DNA of 64,000 nt from a bacterium (GTDB lineage Bacteria; Patescibacteriota; Minisyncoccia; Moranbacterales; UBA1568), in NCBI GenBank assembly GCA_021821305.1, contig JAKACP010000001.1:641526-705525 (forward strand), written 5' to 3'. The stretch's first letter is position 1; every line of letters begins with the position of its first letter. Shown here piece after piece: positions 1 to 8,773 of this stretch. A program made the position numbers and the translations under genes. The notes beneath the pieces were generated by a model that was not told the DNA's origin, searched no databases, and saw nothing but the letters and a program-made list of their open reading frames with translations.

Positions 1-1
1 C

Positions 2-184
2 CGTGAGCGGCTCGGTGAGATACTCCTTGAGGCCGCGGGAGAACAAAAAGGGGATTTCCTCTGGCCGCTCCGCGTCGCGCTCTCCGGGAAGGAAAAATCC
101 CCGCCACCGCAGGATATCGCCTGGGTGATCGGCAAGGAGCCCTCGCTTTCACGCATCAAGACAGCCCTCGCGATCCTTTCATAA
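2..184 (+). CDS. gltX: glutamate--tRNA ligase, C-terminal fragment (5' end outside window)
   Basis: Frame-2 translation ...FLWPLRVALSGKEKSPPPQDIAWVIGKEPSLSRIKTALAILS* matches the conserved GluRS C-terminus (PLRVALTG...LGKE motif). TAA stop at 182-184. Confidence 0.5.
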   Translation, partial: RERLGEILLEAAGEQKGDFLWPLRVALSGKEKSPPPQDIAWVIGKEPSLSRIKTALAILS

Positions 185-404
185 GTATATATTGCGAAAC
201 ACACCGAAAACATCCCCATCCACGTCTTTTCCTAAAAGCAAAACCGAACCCTCTTCGCTCCTCCAAAAAATTCCCCTCATTCGACGGCATCCCGAGAGAA
301 TTTTTTCGGAGCGAAGGGATTCTCAAGCAGGTTGCTTCAGCGGAAAAGAGTGATGGGGATGTTTTCTTGCTTCTGTCTCGCTTCTCCCCGAAAAGGCGTT
401 TCCG

Positions 405-413
405 TGCTATACT
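405..413 (+). promoter_or_regulatory. extended -10 element (TGcTATACT) about 10 nt upstream of the M23 peptidase ATG; mRNA is probably leaderless or near-leaderless
   Basis: tgctatact at 405-413, ATG at 423. No Shine-Dalgarno sequence. Confidence 0.3.
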
Positions 414-422
414 GAAGCCGAT

Positions 423-1712
423 ATGGTCTCAAAAAACGGAAAGAAACACTTCCTCTTGTTTTTGGTCCTCGGAATCATCGTTTCCGGCGGGCTTTTCGTG
501 TTCCAGGCGACATTGCCCGTCGACGCGATCGAGCTGACCGCAGCCGAACAAGAGGCTATCGATGACCTTGCAAAGGAACGGAAGAAGAAAGAGCAGGAGA
601 AAAAAGCGGCTGAACAAATTGTCAATCTCAAGGCGAAGCAGGCTACCGGACTCGCCAGTCAGATCGCGACGATCGAGACGCAGGCACAGCGGCTCGAACG
701 GGAGATCCGGGAGAATGAGCAGGCGCTTTCGGACCTCGGCCGTGAGCTCAGCGACACCGAAGCGGGTATCTCGGAAAAGGAGCGCTTCATCCTCCGCGAG
801 AAACAGGTGCTCTCGGGCCTGGTGCGCGAATATCACGCGGCGACGTCGGACGGCGCCGGCATCCTGTTCGGAATCGGTGGAAACGACGAGGGACTCTTCA
901 TGAAACAGGAGGACTGGCTCAGCGAGACGAGCGGACGCATCGGCACCTTGCTCCGGAGTCTCGATGAGACGAAGCAAGCGCTCCTCGCCAGCAAGGAAAC
1001 CCTCACGAAGAAAAAAGTCGAGGTCGATACGCTCCAAGAACAGCTCGAACAGCGCAACGACTATCTGGCAGGATCGAGGCAAAGCAAGGCGACGCTCCTC
1101 GCCAAGACCCAGGCGGAACAGCAGAAATACGTGACACTCGTCCGGACACTCGAAGAGGAGCTGAAGGATCTCGAAAATGAGATCAACAATCTCGAGTCCG
1201 GGAAGATCAGCGCGCTCAACCTCGGGACAATCCCGAAGTATCAGAAGGGCCTGCTCGACTACCCCCTGAAGAAGTTCACCATCAACCAGAACTACGGCAT
1301 GACTTCGTATGCCAAGAGCGGCGCCTACGGAGGCGGCCCGCACAACGGCATCGACTTCGGTGCGAGCGGCGGAACACCCGTCTATGCCCCGATGGGAGGC
1401 AAGGTCACCGCGATCGGCAGTATGACCAAGAACGGGAAGTGGTACGGATACGGCCGCTGGATCGCGATCGACCATGGCAACGGTCTCGTGACCCTCTATG
1501 GGCACCTCTCCAAGCAGAATGTGAAGAAGGGCGAGAAAGTCGAAAAAGGCGAACAGATCGGCGCCGTGGGCAACACCGGATATTCGACCGGTCCGCATCT
1601 CCATTTCACAGTCTTCTCCTCCGACTCCTTCGAGGTCGTCCCATCGAGCAAGGTATCCGGGATATCCATTCCGATCGGCGCGTCCGTGAATCCGTCGAAG
1701 TACCTTCCGTAA
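423..1712 (+). CDS. M23 family metallopeptidase with N-terminal TM anchor and long coiled-coil (EnvC/NlpD-like murein hydrolase activator/endopeptidase)
   Basis: C-terminal HxxxD ... GxxGxSTGPHLHF M23 signature (GIDFGASGGTPVYAPMGGKV...GNTGYSTGPHLHFTVF). About 250 aa of heptad-rich coiled coil. N-terminal hydrophobic helix. Confidence 0.85.
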   Translation: MVSKNGKKHFLLFLVLGIIVSGGLFVFQATLPVDAIELTAAEQEAIDDLAKERKKKEQEKKAAEQIVNLKAKQATGLASQIATIETQAQRLEREIRENEQALSDLGRELSDTEAGISEKERFILREKQVLSGLVREYHAATSDGAGILFGIGGNDEGLFMKQEDWLSETSGRIGTLLRSLDETKQALLASKETLTKKKVEVDTLQEQLEQRNDYLAGSRQSKATLLAKTQAEQQKYVTLVRTLEEELKDLENEINNLESGKISALNLGTIPKYQKGLLDYPLKKFTINQNYGMTSYAKSGAYGGGPHNGIDFGASGGTPVYAPMGGKVTAIGSMTKNGKWYGYGRWIAIDHGNGLVTLYGHLSKQNVKKGEKVEKGEQIGAVGNTGYSTGPHLHFTVFSSDSFEVVPSSKVSGISIPIGASVNPSKYLP

Positions 1713-1783
1713 AAAGACAAAACACAAAACCCAGAACACAAAAAGACCAAAGACCACATCCATTTATCATTCCGATTTCCAGT

Positions 1784-3187
1784 ATGAATAACGAGAAAAA
1801 TCAGACAGGCATCATCGGGCTCGCCGCCATGGGCGCCAACCTCGCGATGAATTTCGCGGATCGGGGGTTCCGCACGGCGGTCTTCAACCGGTCTCCGGAG
1901 CGTACGGAAGCGCTCATCGGCGAATACGGCAGCGGCAAAGGTCTCGACCCGACCTACACGATCGAAACCTTCATCGCGTCGCTCGCCCGCCCGCGGAAAA
2001 TCATCCTCATGGTGCAGGCGGGGGAGGCCGTGGATCGGGTCATCGATTCGCTCCGCCCGCTCGTCGACCAAGGTGACATCATCGTCGACGGGGGCAACTC
2101 GTTCTTCCGCGACACGATACGGCGGGAAACGTCGCTCCGGCAAGCGGGCATCGAATTCGTCGGGCTCGGCGTGTCCGGCGGTGAGGAAGGCGCGCGCCGC
2201 GGACCGTCGCTCATGTTCGGCGGAAGCGAGGCGGCATGGGAAGCGCTTTCGCCCTATCTCCGTGCCATCGCCGCGAAAGACTTCTCCGGCGAACCGTGCG
2301 TCGCACGGCTCGGGGAGGGCGGCGCCGGACACTACGTCAAGATGGTGCACAACGGCATCGAGTACTCCGACATGCAGCTCATCGCGGAGTCATACTCGCT
2401 CATGAAAGACGCGCTCCGGTATCCGAACGATGCGATCGCCGACCGATTCCGCTTGTGGAACGAGGGGAGACTCGAATCCTTCCTCATCGAGATCTCCGAA
2501 CGGATATTCCGTGCCAAGGAACACGACGGCGGATACGTCGTCGACCGGATACTCGACAGCGCCGGATCGAAGGGAACGGGCAAGTGGACGGCGGAAGAGT
2601 CCCTCGAACTCGGCGAGCCGTCGTTTTCGCTCGCGGCATCGGTATTCGCGCGCTATGCCTCGGCGGCCAAGGAGCGCCGCGTCCGTATCGCGGAAGCCTA
2701 TCCGAAGCACGCACCGGAAAAAATCGCCTTCGATGCGGACGATATCGAACGTGCCCTCTACGCGGCCAAACTGCTCTCCTACGCCCAGGGCTACGCTCTC
2801 CTCGCGGAGGCATCGAAGACATACGGCTGGGATCTCGACTTCGCGGAAATATCCCGCATCTGGCAGGGCGGCTGTATCATCCGTGCCCGATTCCTCACCG
2901 ACATGGAACAGCTGTTCCGCGAACATCCGGAAGGCTCGGACATGCTGCTCTCCGACGGGGTGCGGGAGACCCTCGGGGCCGACCTACCGGCGCTCCGAGT
3001 AATCGTGGCCGAGGCGACGCTGGCTGGCATCGCCCTCCCGGGACTCTCCTCCTCGCTCTCCTATTTCGACTCCATGTCGAGCGCTTTGCTTCCCGCCAAT
3101 CTCATCCAAGCCCAGCGCGACCTATTCGGCGCGCATACGTTCCGGCGTACGGAGGGCGGGCCCGCCGAGCACTTCGACTGGCAGTAA
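1784..3187 (+). CDS. gnd: 6-phosphogluconate dehydrogenase (decarboxylating)
   Basis: N-terminal GIIGLAAMGANLAMNFADRGF Rossmann motif; GVSGGEEGARRGPSLMFGG; GHYVKMVHNGIEYSDMQLIAE. ATG at 1784 is in frame with track ORF 1439..3187, whose upstream part is read-through. Confidence 0.9.
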   Translation: MNNEKNQTGIIGLAAMGANLAMNFADRGFRTAVFNRSPERTEALIGEYGSGKGLDPTYTIETFIASLARPRKIILMVQAGEAVDRVIDSLRPLVDQGDIIVDGGNSFFRDTIRRETSLRQAGIEFVGLGVSGGEEGARRGPSLMFGGSEAAWEALSPYLRAIAAKDFSGEPCVARLGEGGAGHYVKMVHNGIEYSDMQLIAESYSLMKDALRYPNDAIADRFRLWNEGRLESFLIEISERIFRAKEHDGGYVVDRILDSAGSKGTGKWTAEESLELGEPSFSLAASVFARYASAAKERRVRIAEAYPKHAPEKIAFDADDIERALYAAKLLSYAQGYALLAEASKTYGWDLDFAEISRIWQGGCIIRARFLTDMEQLFREHPEGSDMLLSDGVRETLGADLPALRVIVAEATLAGIALPGLSSSLSYFDSMSSALLPANLIQAQRDLFGAHTFRRTEGGPAEHFDWQ

Positions 3188-3192
3188 AACCT

Positions 3193-3906
3193 ATGAACAT
3201 CCACCTCCAGACATCGGCGGATGACGCGAAACGCGCTCTCGCGGAAAGCCTCTCGGAGGAACTGCTTTCCTTGAAAGAGGAGGAGGTCCCGACGCTCCTC
3301 CTGTTTTCCGGAGGCTCCGCACTCGGCATACTCGACCTGCTCGACCCAGGGTGTCCCGGCGATCATCTGACGGTATCGCCGATCGACGAACGCTACGATC
3401 CGAGCGGGCATGACAGCAATTTCGCCGCCTTCACCGAGACGGATTTTTTTCGTGTCGCAGAAACGGCCAGAGTCCGCTTCATCGATACGCGCGTGCACCC
3501 GCAGCAGAGCCGGAACGACCTGGCTCGAGAGTTCAATCATGCACTCATGGAATGGATGACCGAGCACCCGGATGGACGAGTGCTCGCGATTCTCGGCATG
3601 GGACCCGACGGGCATACCGCCGGGATATTTCCCATGGAAGACGAGTCGGCTTTCCAGACGCTCTTCCTCGGGGAGCGGCTCGCCGTCGGCTACCTCGGTC
3701 CGGAATACGCGACCTGTCCGGAGCGGGTGACGGTCACAGCCTCGTTTCTCGCACGCGATATCGACCGGATATTCGTGTTTTTCTCCGGCGAGGAGAAGCG
3801 TGCCGTATGGAAGCGCATCACGGAGAACGAAATGCCGCTCCATATGCTTCCGGCCGGCATATTCCGAAGGCTTCCGGACGTGGAAATTTTCACCGATTTG
3901 CGGTAA
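3193..3906 (+). CDS. pgl: 6-phosphogluconolactonase (NagB/RpiA/CoA-transferase-like fold)
   Basis: 237 aa; LLLFSGGSALGILDLL ... ILGMGPDGHTAGIFP motif typical of 6PGL/DevB. Immediately downstream of gnd with a 5-nt gap. Confidence 0.7.
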   Translation: MNIHLQTSADDAKRALAESLSEELLSLKEEEVPTLLLFSGGSALGILDLLDPGCPGDHLTVSPIDERYDPSGHDSNFAAFTETDFFRVAETARVRFIDTRVHPQQSRNDLAREFNHALMEWMTEHPDGRVLAILGMGPDGHTAGIFPMEDESAFQTLFLGERLAVGYLGPEYATCPERVTVTASFLARDIDRIFVFFSGEEKRAVWKRITENEMPLHMLPAGIFRRLPDVEIFTDLR

Positions 3907-3959
3907 AATATCATCACGAGCCCCTTCCACACGACTAATCGCGATAACCACAAAACGCT

Positions 3960-4370
3960 ATGTCATTCTTCGGCTTCGGCCCCTCCCGGGGCGACAAGAC
4001 CATCATCCCGCGCGAGAAATTTCGCGGCACGGGCGACCACGGATATCAGACGAGCGATGCCATGGAACAGCTCATGAAGGACAAGGGAATCAAGGAGCTC
4101 CTGAATCGGCCCGACGAACGGCGAGCGTTCTTCAAGGAGATCGAGAAGCACGGCCATGACGTCCGCGGCCTCACGGTCAACGACATGCGCAAAGTACTCG
4201 GGTCGTTCCGATCCAAGTCCGGCGACTCGATCGACCGCATCGAGGCACGTAAGCTCGCCGACCGGCTCATCCCGTCCCTCTACAAGGGGGAGAAGCGATT
4301 CCTGTCCGATACACCGAAACCGGAGACGGAAACGCCCACGAAAAAACCGACCTCGCTCTTCCCGTTCTAA
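3960..4370 (+). CDS. hypothetical charged protein (136 aa)
   Basis: ATG start; fills the gap between pgl and the LamG gene; K/E/R-rich; no recognisable family. Confidence 0.4.
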   Translation: MSFFGFGPSRGDKTIIPREKFRGTGDHGYQTSDAMEQLMKDKGIKELLNRPDERRAFFKEIEKHGHDVRGLTVNDMRKVLGSFRSKSGDSIDRIEARKLADRLIPSLYKGEKRFLSDTPKPETETPTKKPTSLFPF

Positions 4371-4390
4371 GAATCAATTAGAAATTTTTC

Positions 4391-6607
4391 ATGTCGGGGA
4401 ATAACCATGCCCTTTTTCTCCACAGGGTATTTCAATACATAGGTATCATCGCCGTCTTCGCCGTCATGGGCGGCGGATATTGGTACTGGAAGAACGCACA
4501 GGCGGGCGCGACACTGAAGACAGCGGACAATCTGGGCCTCGTCGGCTACTGGTCCTTCAATGAGGGAACGGGGACACAGGCGGGCGACGCCTCGGGCCAG
4601 GAAAACACCGGCACCCTCACCAACGGTCCGACGTGGGTGGATGGGGCACGGGGGAAAGCCGTGAGTTTCGACGGGTTGGACGATGTCATAACCGCCGGGA
4701 GCGCTTCGAGCCTCGACGATATGGGGGCAAGGACGCTCTCGGCATGGATTTACCCCGAAAGCATGGGGGAGAGCTCGAAGGGACGCATCTTCGATAAGGC
4801 CGCGACGACTACTCCGACTTTGGGATGGATATTCAACATCGCGAACAATGAAGGGGATTATCAGATCGGATTCACTCACTCGGGTTCTACGGTGCTTTCC
4901 AGAAGATCCGTAGCGAATACGATCGTCCCGAACGTGTGGCAGCACGTACTTGTGACATGGGACGGTTCGACGACCGCCACGAACATACGCATCTACGTGA
5001 ATGGCACGGAAGTAAGCTATCAGACGACAAGTAACGGAGCCTCGCTGACCTCCGATGCCGCGCAAACCCTCAGGATCGGAAACTCCGCCGATGGAGCCCG
5101 CACGTTCGACGGATACATCGACGAGCCACGCATCTACGACCGCGTGCTTGGGGCGACCGAAATAGCCGACCTCTACGCCCTCGGCGCGACAAAATTCCAG
5201 GATACCCAATCGAATCAGCTGACGAACGGCCTCGTCGGCTACTGGCCCATGAACGGCCCCGACGTCTCCAGTACCACCGCCTACGACCGCTCCGGACAAG
5301 GGAATAACGGCACCCTCACCAACAGCCCGACTCCGACGATCGGCCGATCGGGGCAGGGAGTGAGCTTCGATGGGACGGACGATTACGTGAATGCCGGCAA
5401 CCGATCGATCATCGACGGTGCATCCGCGGCGTCCGTCTGTACATGGATGAAATACGACCCCACCTCCGTAACGGCGGACGCCTCGATAGTCTCGAAATGG
5501 ACGTCTTCCGGGGGGGGATGGCTCTTTTGGGTCGATGACGTCGGAGCTGTTTCCGGCAGAACCGATACGATATCGTTTTCCGTATCCACGACAGCTGCAG
5601 GCGGTACCGGAAGAGTCGAAGGGCCTACCGGTCTCGTGACTCCCGGATCCTGGGATTTCTACTGCGGTACGTTCCAGGGCGGATCGCACATCCGTCTCTA
5701 CAAGAACGGCTCCCTGGTGCAGGAAAACACCACGAGTATCGTTTCGAGCGTCGCATCCAATACCAGCAACATGTATCTTGCCAACAGCGCCGATCCCAGC
5801 TCCATAAAATACCTTGACGGCGTTCTCGACGAGCCCCGCATCTACAACCGAGCGCTCTCCGCCTCCGAGATTTCGGATCTCTACCAGCTCGGCAATCCGG
5901 ACAAAGTGAACTCCGAAGACTCGCAGGAGAATCAGTCCACCAGCGGACTCGTCGGCTACTGGCCCATGAACGGCCCCGACGTCTCCAGTACCACCGCCTA
6001 CGACCGCTCCGGACAAGGGAATAACGGCACCCTCACCAACGGTCCGACTCCGACGATCGGCAAGGTCGGCCAAGCACTCGATTTCAACGGAAGCACGAAC
6101 TATGTAGACCTCGGCATTCCATCATCGCTCAATCTCGCCTCGGCAAACAAATTCACGCTTTCCGCCTGGGTATATCCTACGTCTGCTCCGAACGGCGTTG
6201 GGGTGATCAGCGAAATGTATACCCCGACAAGTACGACGGTACAGTACGAGATCGGCTTCGACCAAAATCTAGGTGCTGTTACGGGATCAAAGCTTGCCGT
6301 CGGATTCTATGATGGCTCATGGCGTATCGTAAAGGATTCGGGCAATATCGAACTCAATCAGTGGGCATTTATTTCGGGAACCTGGGATGGCACGACACTT
6401 CGCCTCTACAAGAATGGAGTAGAAATCAATTCCTCGACTCCCGGAGGGTCCCTTCCATCGTCCAACTTCGATAAGGTCGTCATAGGAAAAAGGCATGACG
6501 TAGGAGGGCTGACAAACTTTTTTCCAGGAAAAATCGACGAGGTACGTATCTACAACCGTGCGCTCACAGCGGCGGAGATTTCCGCACTCTACTACGCCGG
6601 GCGGTGA
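4391..6607 (+). CDS. membrane-anchored surface protein with three LamG/concanavalin-A-like lectin domains
   Basis: N-terminal TM helix (IGIIAVFAVMGGGYWYW). Three repeats of LVGYW.FNEG.G....D.SG..N.GTL.NGPT...G..G.A..FDG.DD.....YDEPRIY, the LamG_3 pattern. Confidence 0.75.
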   Translation: MSGNNHALFLHRVFQYIGIIAVFAVMGGGYWYWKNAQAGATLKTADNLGLVGYWSFNEGTGTQAGDASGQENTGTLTNGPTWVDGARGKAVSFDGLDDVITAGSASSLDDMGARTLSAWIYPESMGESSKGRIFDKAATTTPTLGWIFNIANNEGDYQIGFTHSGSTVLSRRSVANTIVPNVWQHVLVTWDGSTTATNIRIYVNGTEVSYQTTSNGASLTSDAAQTLRIGNSADGARTFDGYIDEPRIYDRVLGATEIADLYALGATKFQDTQSNQLTNGLVGYWPMNGPDVSSTTAYDRSGQGNNGTLTNSPTPTIGRSGQGVSFDGTDDYVNAGNRSIIDGASAASVCTWMKYDPTSVTADASIVSKWTSSGGGWLFWVDDVGAVSGRTDTISFSVSTTAAGGTGRVEGPTGLVTPGSWDFYCGTFQGGSHIRLYKNGSLVQENTTSIVSSVASNTSNMYLANSADPSSIKYLDGVLDEPRIYNRALSASEISDLYQLGNPDKVNSEDSQENQSTSGLVGYWPMNGPDVSSTTAYDRSGQGNNGTLTNGPTPTIGKVGQALDFNGSTNYVDLGIPSSLNLASANKFTLSAWVYPTSAPNGVGVISEMYTPTSTTVQYEIGFDQNLGAVTGSKLAVGFYDGSWRIVKDSGNIELNQWAFISGTWDGTTLRLYKNGVEINSSTPGGSLPSSNFDKVVIGKRHDVGGLTNFFPGKIDEVRIYNRALTAAEISALYYAGR
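5231..5344 (+). repeat. intragenic direct repeat, copy 1 (114 nt) inside the LamG gene
   Basis: ctcgtcggctactggcccatgaacggccccgacgtctccagtaccaccgcctacgaccgctccggacaagggaataacggcaccctcaccaac...ccgactccgacgatcggc. Copy 2 at 5948-6061 differs at only 3 nt (agc vs ggt). Confidence 0.8.
5948..6061 (+). repeat. intragenic direct repeat, copy 2 (114 nt) inside the LamG gene
   Basis: 111/114 nt identical to 5231-5344. Covers the start of LamG domain 3. Confidence 0.8.
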
Positions 6608-6643
6608 TACGAATGGAAGGGGAGCCCAGGCATCCGTTTCAGC

Positions 6644-6672
6644 TTGACTTTGTCTCCCATACGGACTACGAT
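6644..6672 (+). promoter_or_regulatory. candidate sigma70 promoter (TTGACT-17-TACGAT) for the small ORF at 6707
   Basis: ttgact at 6644-6649, 17-nt spacer, tacgat at 6667-6672. Sits just after the LamG stop codon. Confidence 0.3.
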
Positions 6673-6706
6673 TCCCCTGTTCTTTTCACGAAGGGAGGAG
6701 GGGAGT

Positions 6707-6931
6707 ATGGACATCAAGGTACTCGGAGTAGACGGTAACTACGGTCTCGAAGGCGTACGGGCCGGGACCATCCTGTTCCAGTTCCTCCCGGAGGAACACG
6801 ATCTCGCGTTGCGGATTCTCGAGGCGATGCACAAGGCGTCGAATCACCACGAAGCGCGCACCGAAATCGAACGGCTCATGAGGATGATCAGCGAATCATC
6901 GACACATCCCGATCAAGCGATGATGAACTGA
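6707..6931 (+). CDS. hypothetical small protein (74 aa)
   Basis: ATG at 6707 is preceded by a strong SD (gaagggaggaggggagt-ATG). Track ORF 6644.. starts upstream without an SD. Product MDIKVLGVDGNYGLEGVRAG...; no recognisable family. Confidence 0.45.
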   Translation: MDIKVLGVDGNYGLEGVRAGTILFQFLPEEHDLALRILEAMHKASNHHEARTEIERLMRMISESSTHPDQAMMN

Positions 6932-6989
6932 GTCATTCATGATGGATGTCACACGGAGGTTTCCGAACGATCGGAAGCCTCTTTTTTTA

Positions 6990-7172
6990 GTAACTGTTCA
7001 AATTCTCATGTCGAGATGGAATTCGAAAATTTCGAGCGAAAATCATGAAAGTTGAGAAAGGCTACTATGGTAACCTGACGAGACTTGAATGGTTTGCAGC
7101 CGAAATTTTCGGATTCCAGCCGACAAGCGGAATCTTTTCTCTTACTTGTGCGGTGAGAATTTGAACAGTTAC
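6990..7172. mobile_element. MITE-like nonautonomous element: perfect 19-bp terminal inverted repeats (GTAACTGTTCAAATTCTCA) flanked by a TTA direct duplication
   Basis: 6990-7008 gtaactgttcaaattctca; 7154-7172 tgagaatttgaacagttac, an exact reverse complement. tta at 6987-6989 and 7173-7175. Inner inverted pair cgaaaatttcg (about 7026) and cgaaattttcg (about 7121). AT-rich, no ORF. Confidence 0.45.
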
Positions 7173-7672
7173 TTAGGCTCTATTTTGACGCAGGAGCGTT
7201 TTGAGTCACCTCAAGGGTACATCCGGCATCGTTTCCATCACGGCGACACGAAACTCCCCCAATCATTTTTCAAAAAACGGGGGAGGCACGGAGAAGGAGA
7301 AAACGGGAAGCCAGAACGTGAGACATTCATCATCCGTGATATCACGTATCGTCGCGCAGGATCCGCGAGAGATGGATCCCAGGGAGCGGGGTGCCGGCAC
7401 ACGGATATCATATCGGTCATCCATACAGAGACCCGATTTCGCGTCCAGATAAAAAAATATTACCGACAGGGGAGGCACGGCCTGATTTTTCAATAATGCT
7501 TTATCCGGAGTGTTTCGAAAGTATACAATGTCGCATAAGTTACATTTGACGACATGTTAACAATAACACTCGCCCGAGACAAGAGCTCCGAAAAAACGAT
7601 ACCGCTTTCTCCGAAACCGTCATTCCCCACCCAGCGGCTCCCGCTTCATTTCCGGGAATGGAAAAAAGGAAT

Positions 7673-7708
7673 AAAAAAAATCGGGAACGAAATATTCTTC
7701 GTTCCCGA
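7673..7708 (-). terminator. Rho-independent terminator of the GGDEF gene
   Basis: Perfect hairpin tcgggaacgaa-atattc-ttcgttcccga (7681-7708). On the minus strand it is followed by U8 (A-run 7673-7680). Confidence 0.6.
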
Positions 7709-7725
7709 TCACGACTGCCTGCCTG

Positions 7726-8613
7726 CTAGTCCCGATAGACGCTGACGCTATCCTTCCCCGACTGCTTGGCGTCATACATCGCCTTGTCGGCGTGTCCGAT
7801 CGCCCGATTGAGGGTCAGCGCGACCATGTCCGACGATAACCCGCCGGATTCCGGATGAAGGGTCATCAATGCCAGACCGATACTGGCGCTGACACGGATG
7901 GCGCCGTCCGCGCCCTTGATCAGGAACCGGGGGTCCTTGCGCATGTTCTCGCGGAGGTGGTCGGCCTGTTTCGCCGCGCCATCCACATCGGAGTGCGTCA
8001 TGACGACGACGAACTCGTCCCCTCCGACGCGCGCGATGAGGTCATTTTCCCGGGAGAACGTCTTCCGGAGCAACTCCGCGACATTGCGGAGCACTTCATC
8101 GCCCTTGTGATGTCCCCAGGTGTCATTGACCGGCTTGAAATTGTCCAGGTCGATGTATGCCACCGAACATGCGAGAGACTTCTCATGGACCGGCTGGCCG
8201 TCGTACCTCGCGTCGCGCCACAATGCCGATGCCATATGGGCGAGATGCCTGATGACACCGGGACGATTGAGGAGGCCGGACAGAGCGTCGTAGTCGACCA
8301 GGGTGGCCAGTCGACCGATTTCAGCCTTCTGGTCCTTATCCCTTTCCCCGAGAACGTCGATGGCCTTTTCCAGAGACGTGATGACCGATTGGCATTGAAG
8401 GATACGCGCCGTGCCATCCCGATACGCTTCCTCGGAAGCTCGCTTGTATTGGGCTGCTTGGCGGGCAAGCCGGATATTCTCCTCACGGATCTCGGCCACA
8501 CTTCTGCCGAGAAACAACGCGACGAGGCGACTGACCACATATTCACGGACTTTTCTGATCGACATTTCATCTCCTCCATACGTGAACGGTACTTCCCGAT
8601 CGTTACGCGTCAT
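7726..8613 (-). CDS. diguanylate cyclase (GGDEF domain) with N-terminal coiled-coil and no sensor domain
   Basis: RVGGDEFVVVM motif, the GGDEF active site; YIDLDNFKPVNDTWGHHKGD. True start is the ATG at 8613 (MTRNDREV...) with SD gaggag 8 nt upstream. The track start at 8643 is a TTG that lies only about 6 nt downstream of the predicted TSS of the promoter at 8657-8685. Confidence 0.85.
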   Translation of the reverse strand: MTRNDREVPFTYGGDEMSIRKVREYVVSRLVALFLGRSVAEIREENIRLARQAAQYKRASEEAYRDGTARILQCQSVITSLEKAIDVLGERDKDQKAEIGRLATLVDYDALSGLLNRPGVIRHLAHMASALWRDARYDGQPVHEKSLACSVAYIDLDNFKPVNDTWGHHKGDEVLRNVAELLRKTFSRENDLIARVGGDEFVVVMTHSDVDGAAKQADHLRENMRKDPRFLIKGADGAIRVSASIGLALMTLHPESGGLSSDMVALTLNRAIGHADKAMYDAKQSGKDSVSVYRD

Positions 8614-8656
8614 TTCAGCTCTCCTCTCGAAAAAAATTGTCAAAATACTTCAACAT

Positions 8657-8685
8657 ATTCTAGCATAAAATAAGAATAATGTCAA
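8657..8685 (-). promoter_or_regulatory. near-consensus sigma70 promoter (TTGACA-17-TAGAAT) for the GGDEF gene
   Basis: Minus-strand read: cctaTTGACAttattcttattttatgcTAGAATatg... The 17-nt spacer puts the TSS about 36 nt upstream of ATG 8613. Confidence 0.5.
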
Positions 8686-8773
8686 TAGGACGGAAGGGGC
8701 GCCGTTCTGGTACAATGAAAGCATTCCCCGGCCGGTTTTCATCCGGACGTTTCATTTCCGACGTTTCTCCCCT

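Noticed and set aside
5231-6061. LamG 114-nt repeats as DGR variable/template repeats
   Set aside because: No reverse transcriptase exists in the window. Both copies are inside the same ORF. The three mismatches are confined to one codon and are not adenine-specific.
7089-7496. 135-aa plus-strand ORF (and the 60-83 aa ORFs) in the 0.8-kb gap
   Set aside because: No SD or promoter, and the sequence is Arg/Gly/His-rich and protein-unlike. It overlaps the right TIR of the MITE-like element, so it is treated as noncoding.
8614-8773. c-di-GMP (GEMM) riboswitch near the GGDEF gene
   Set aside because: The conserved GEMM-I/II sequence blocks could not be recognised by eye. The spacer is explained by two divergent promoters. 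An Infernal scan would be needed to exclude it fully.
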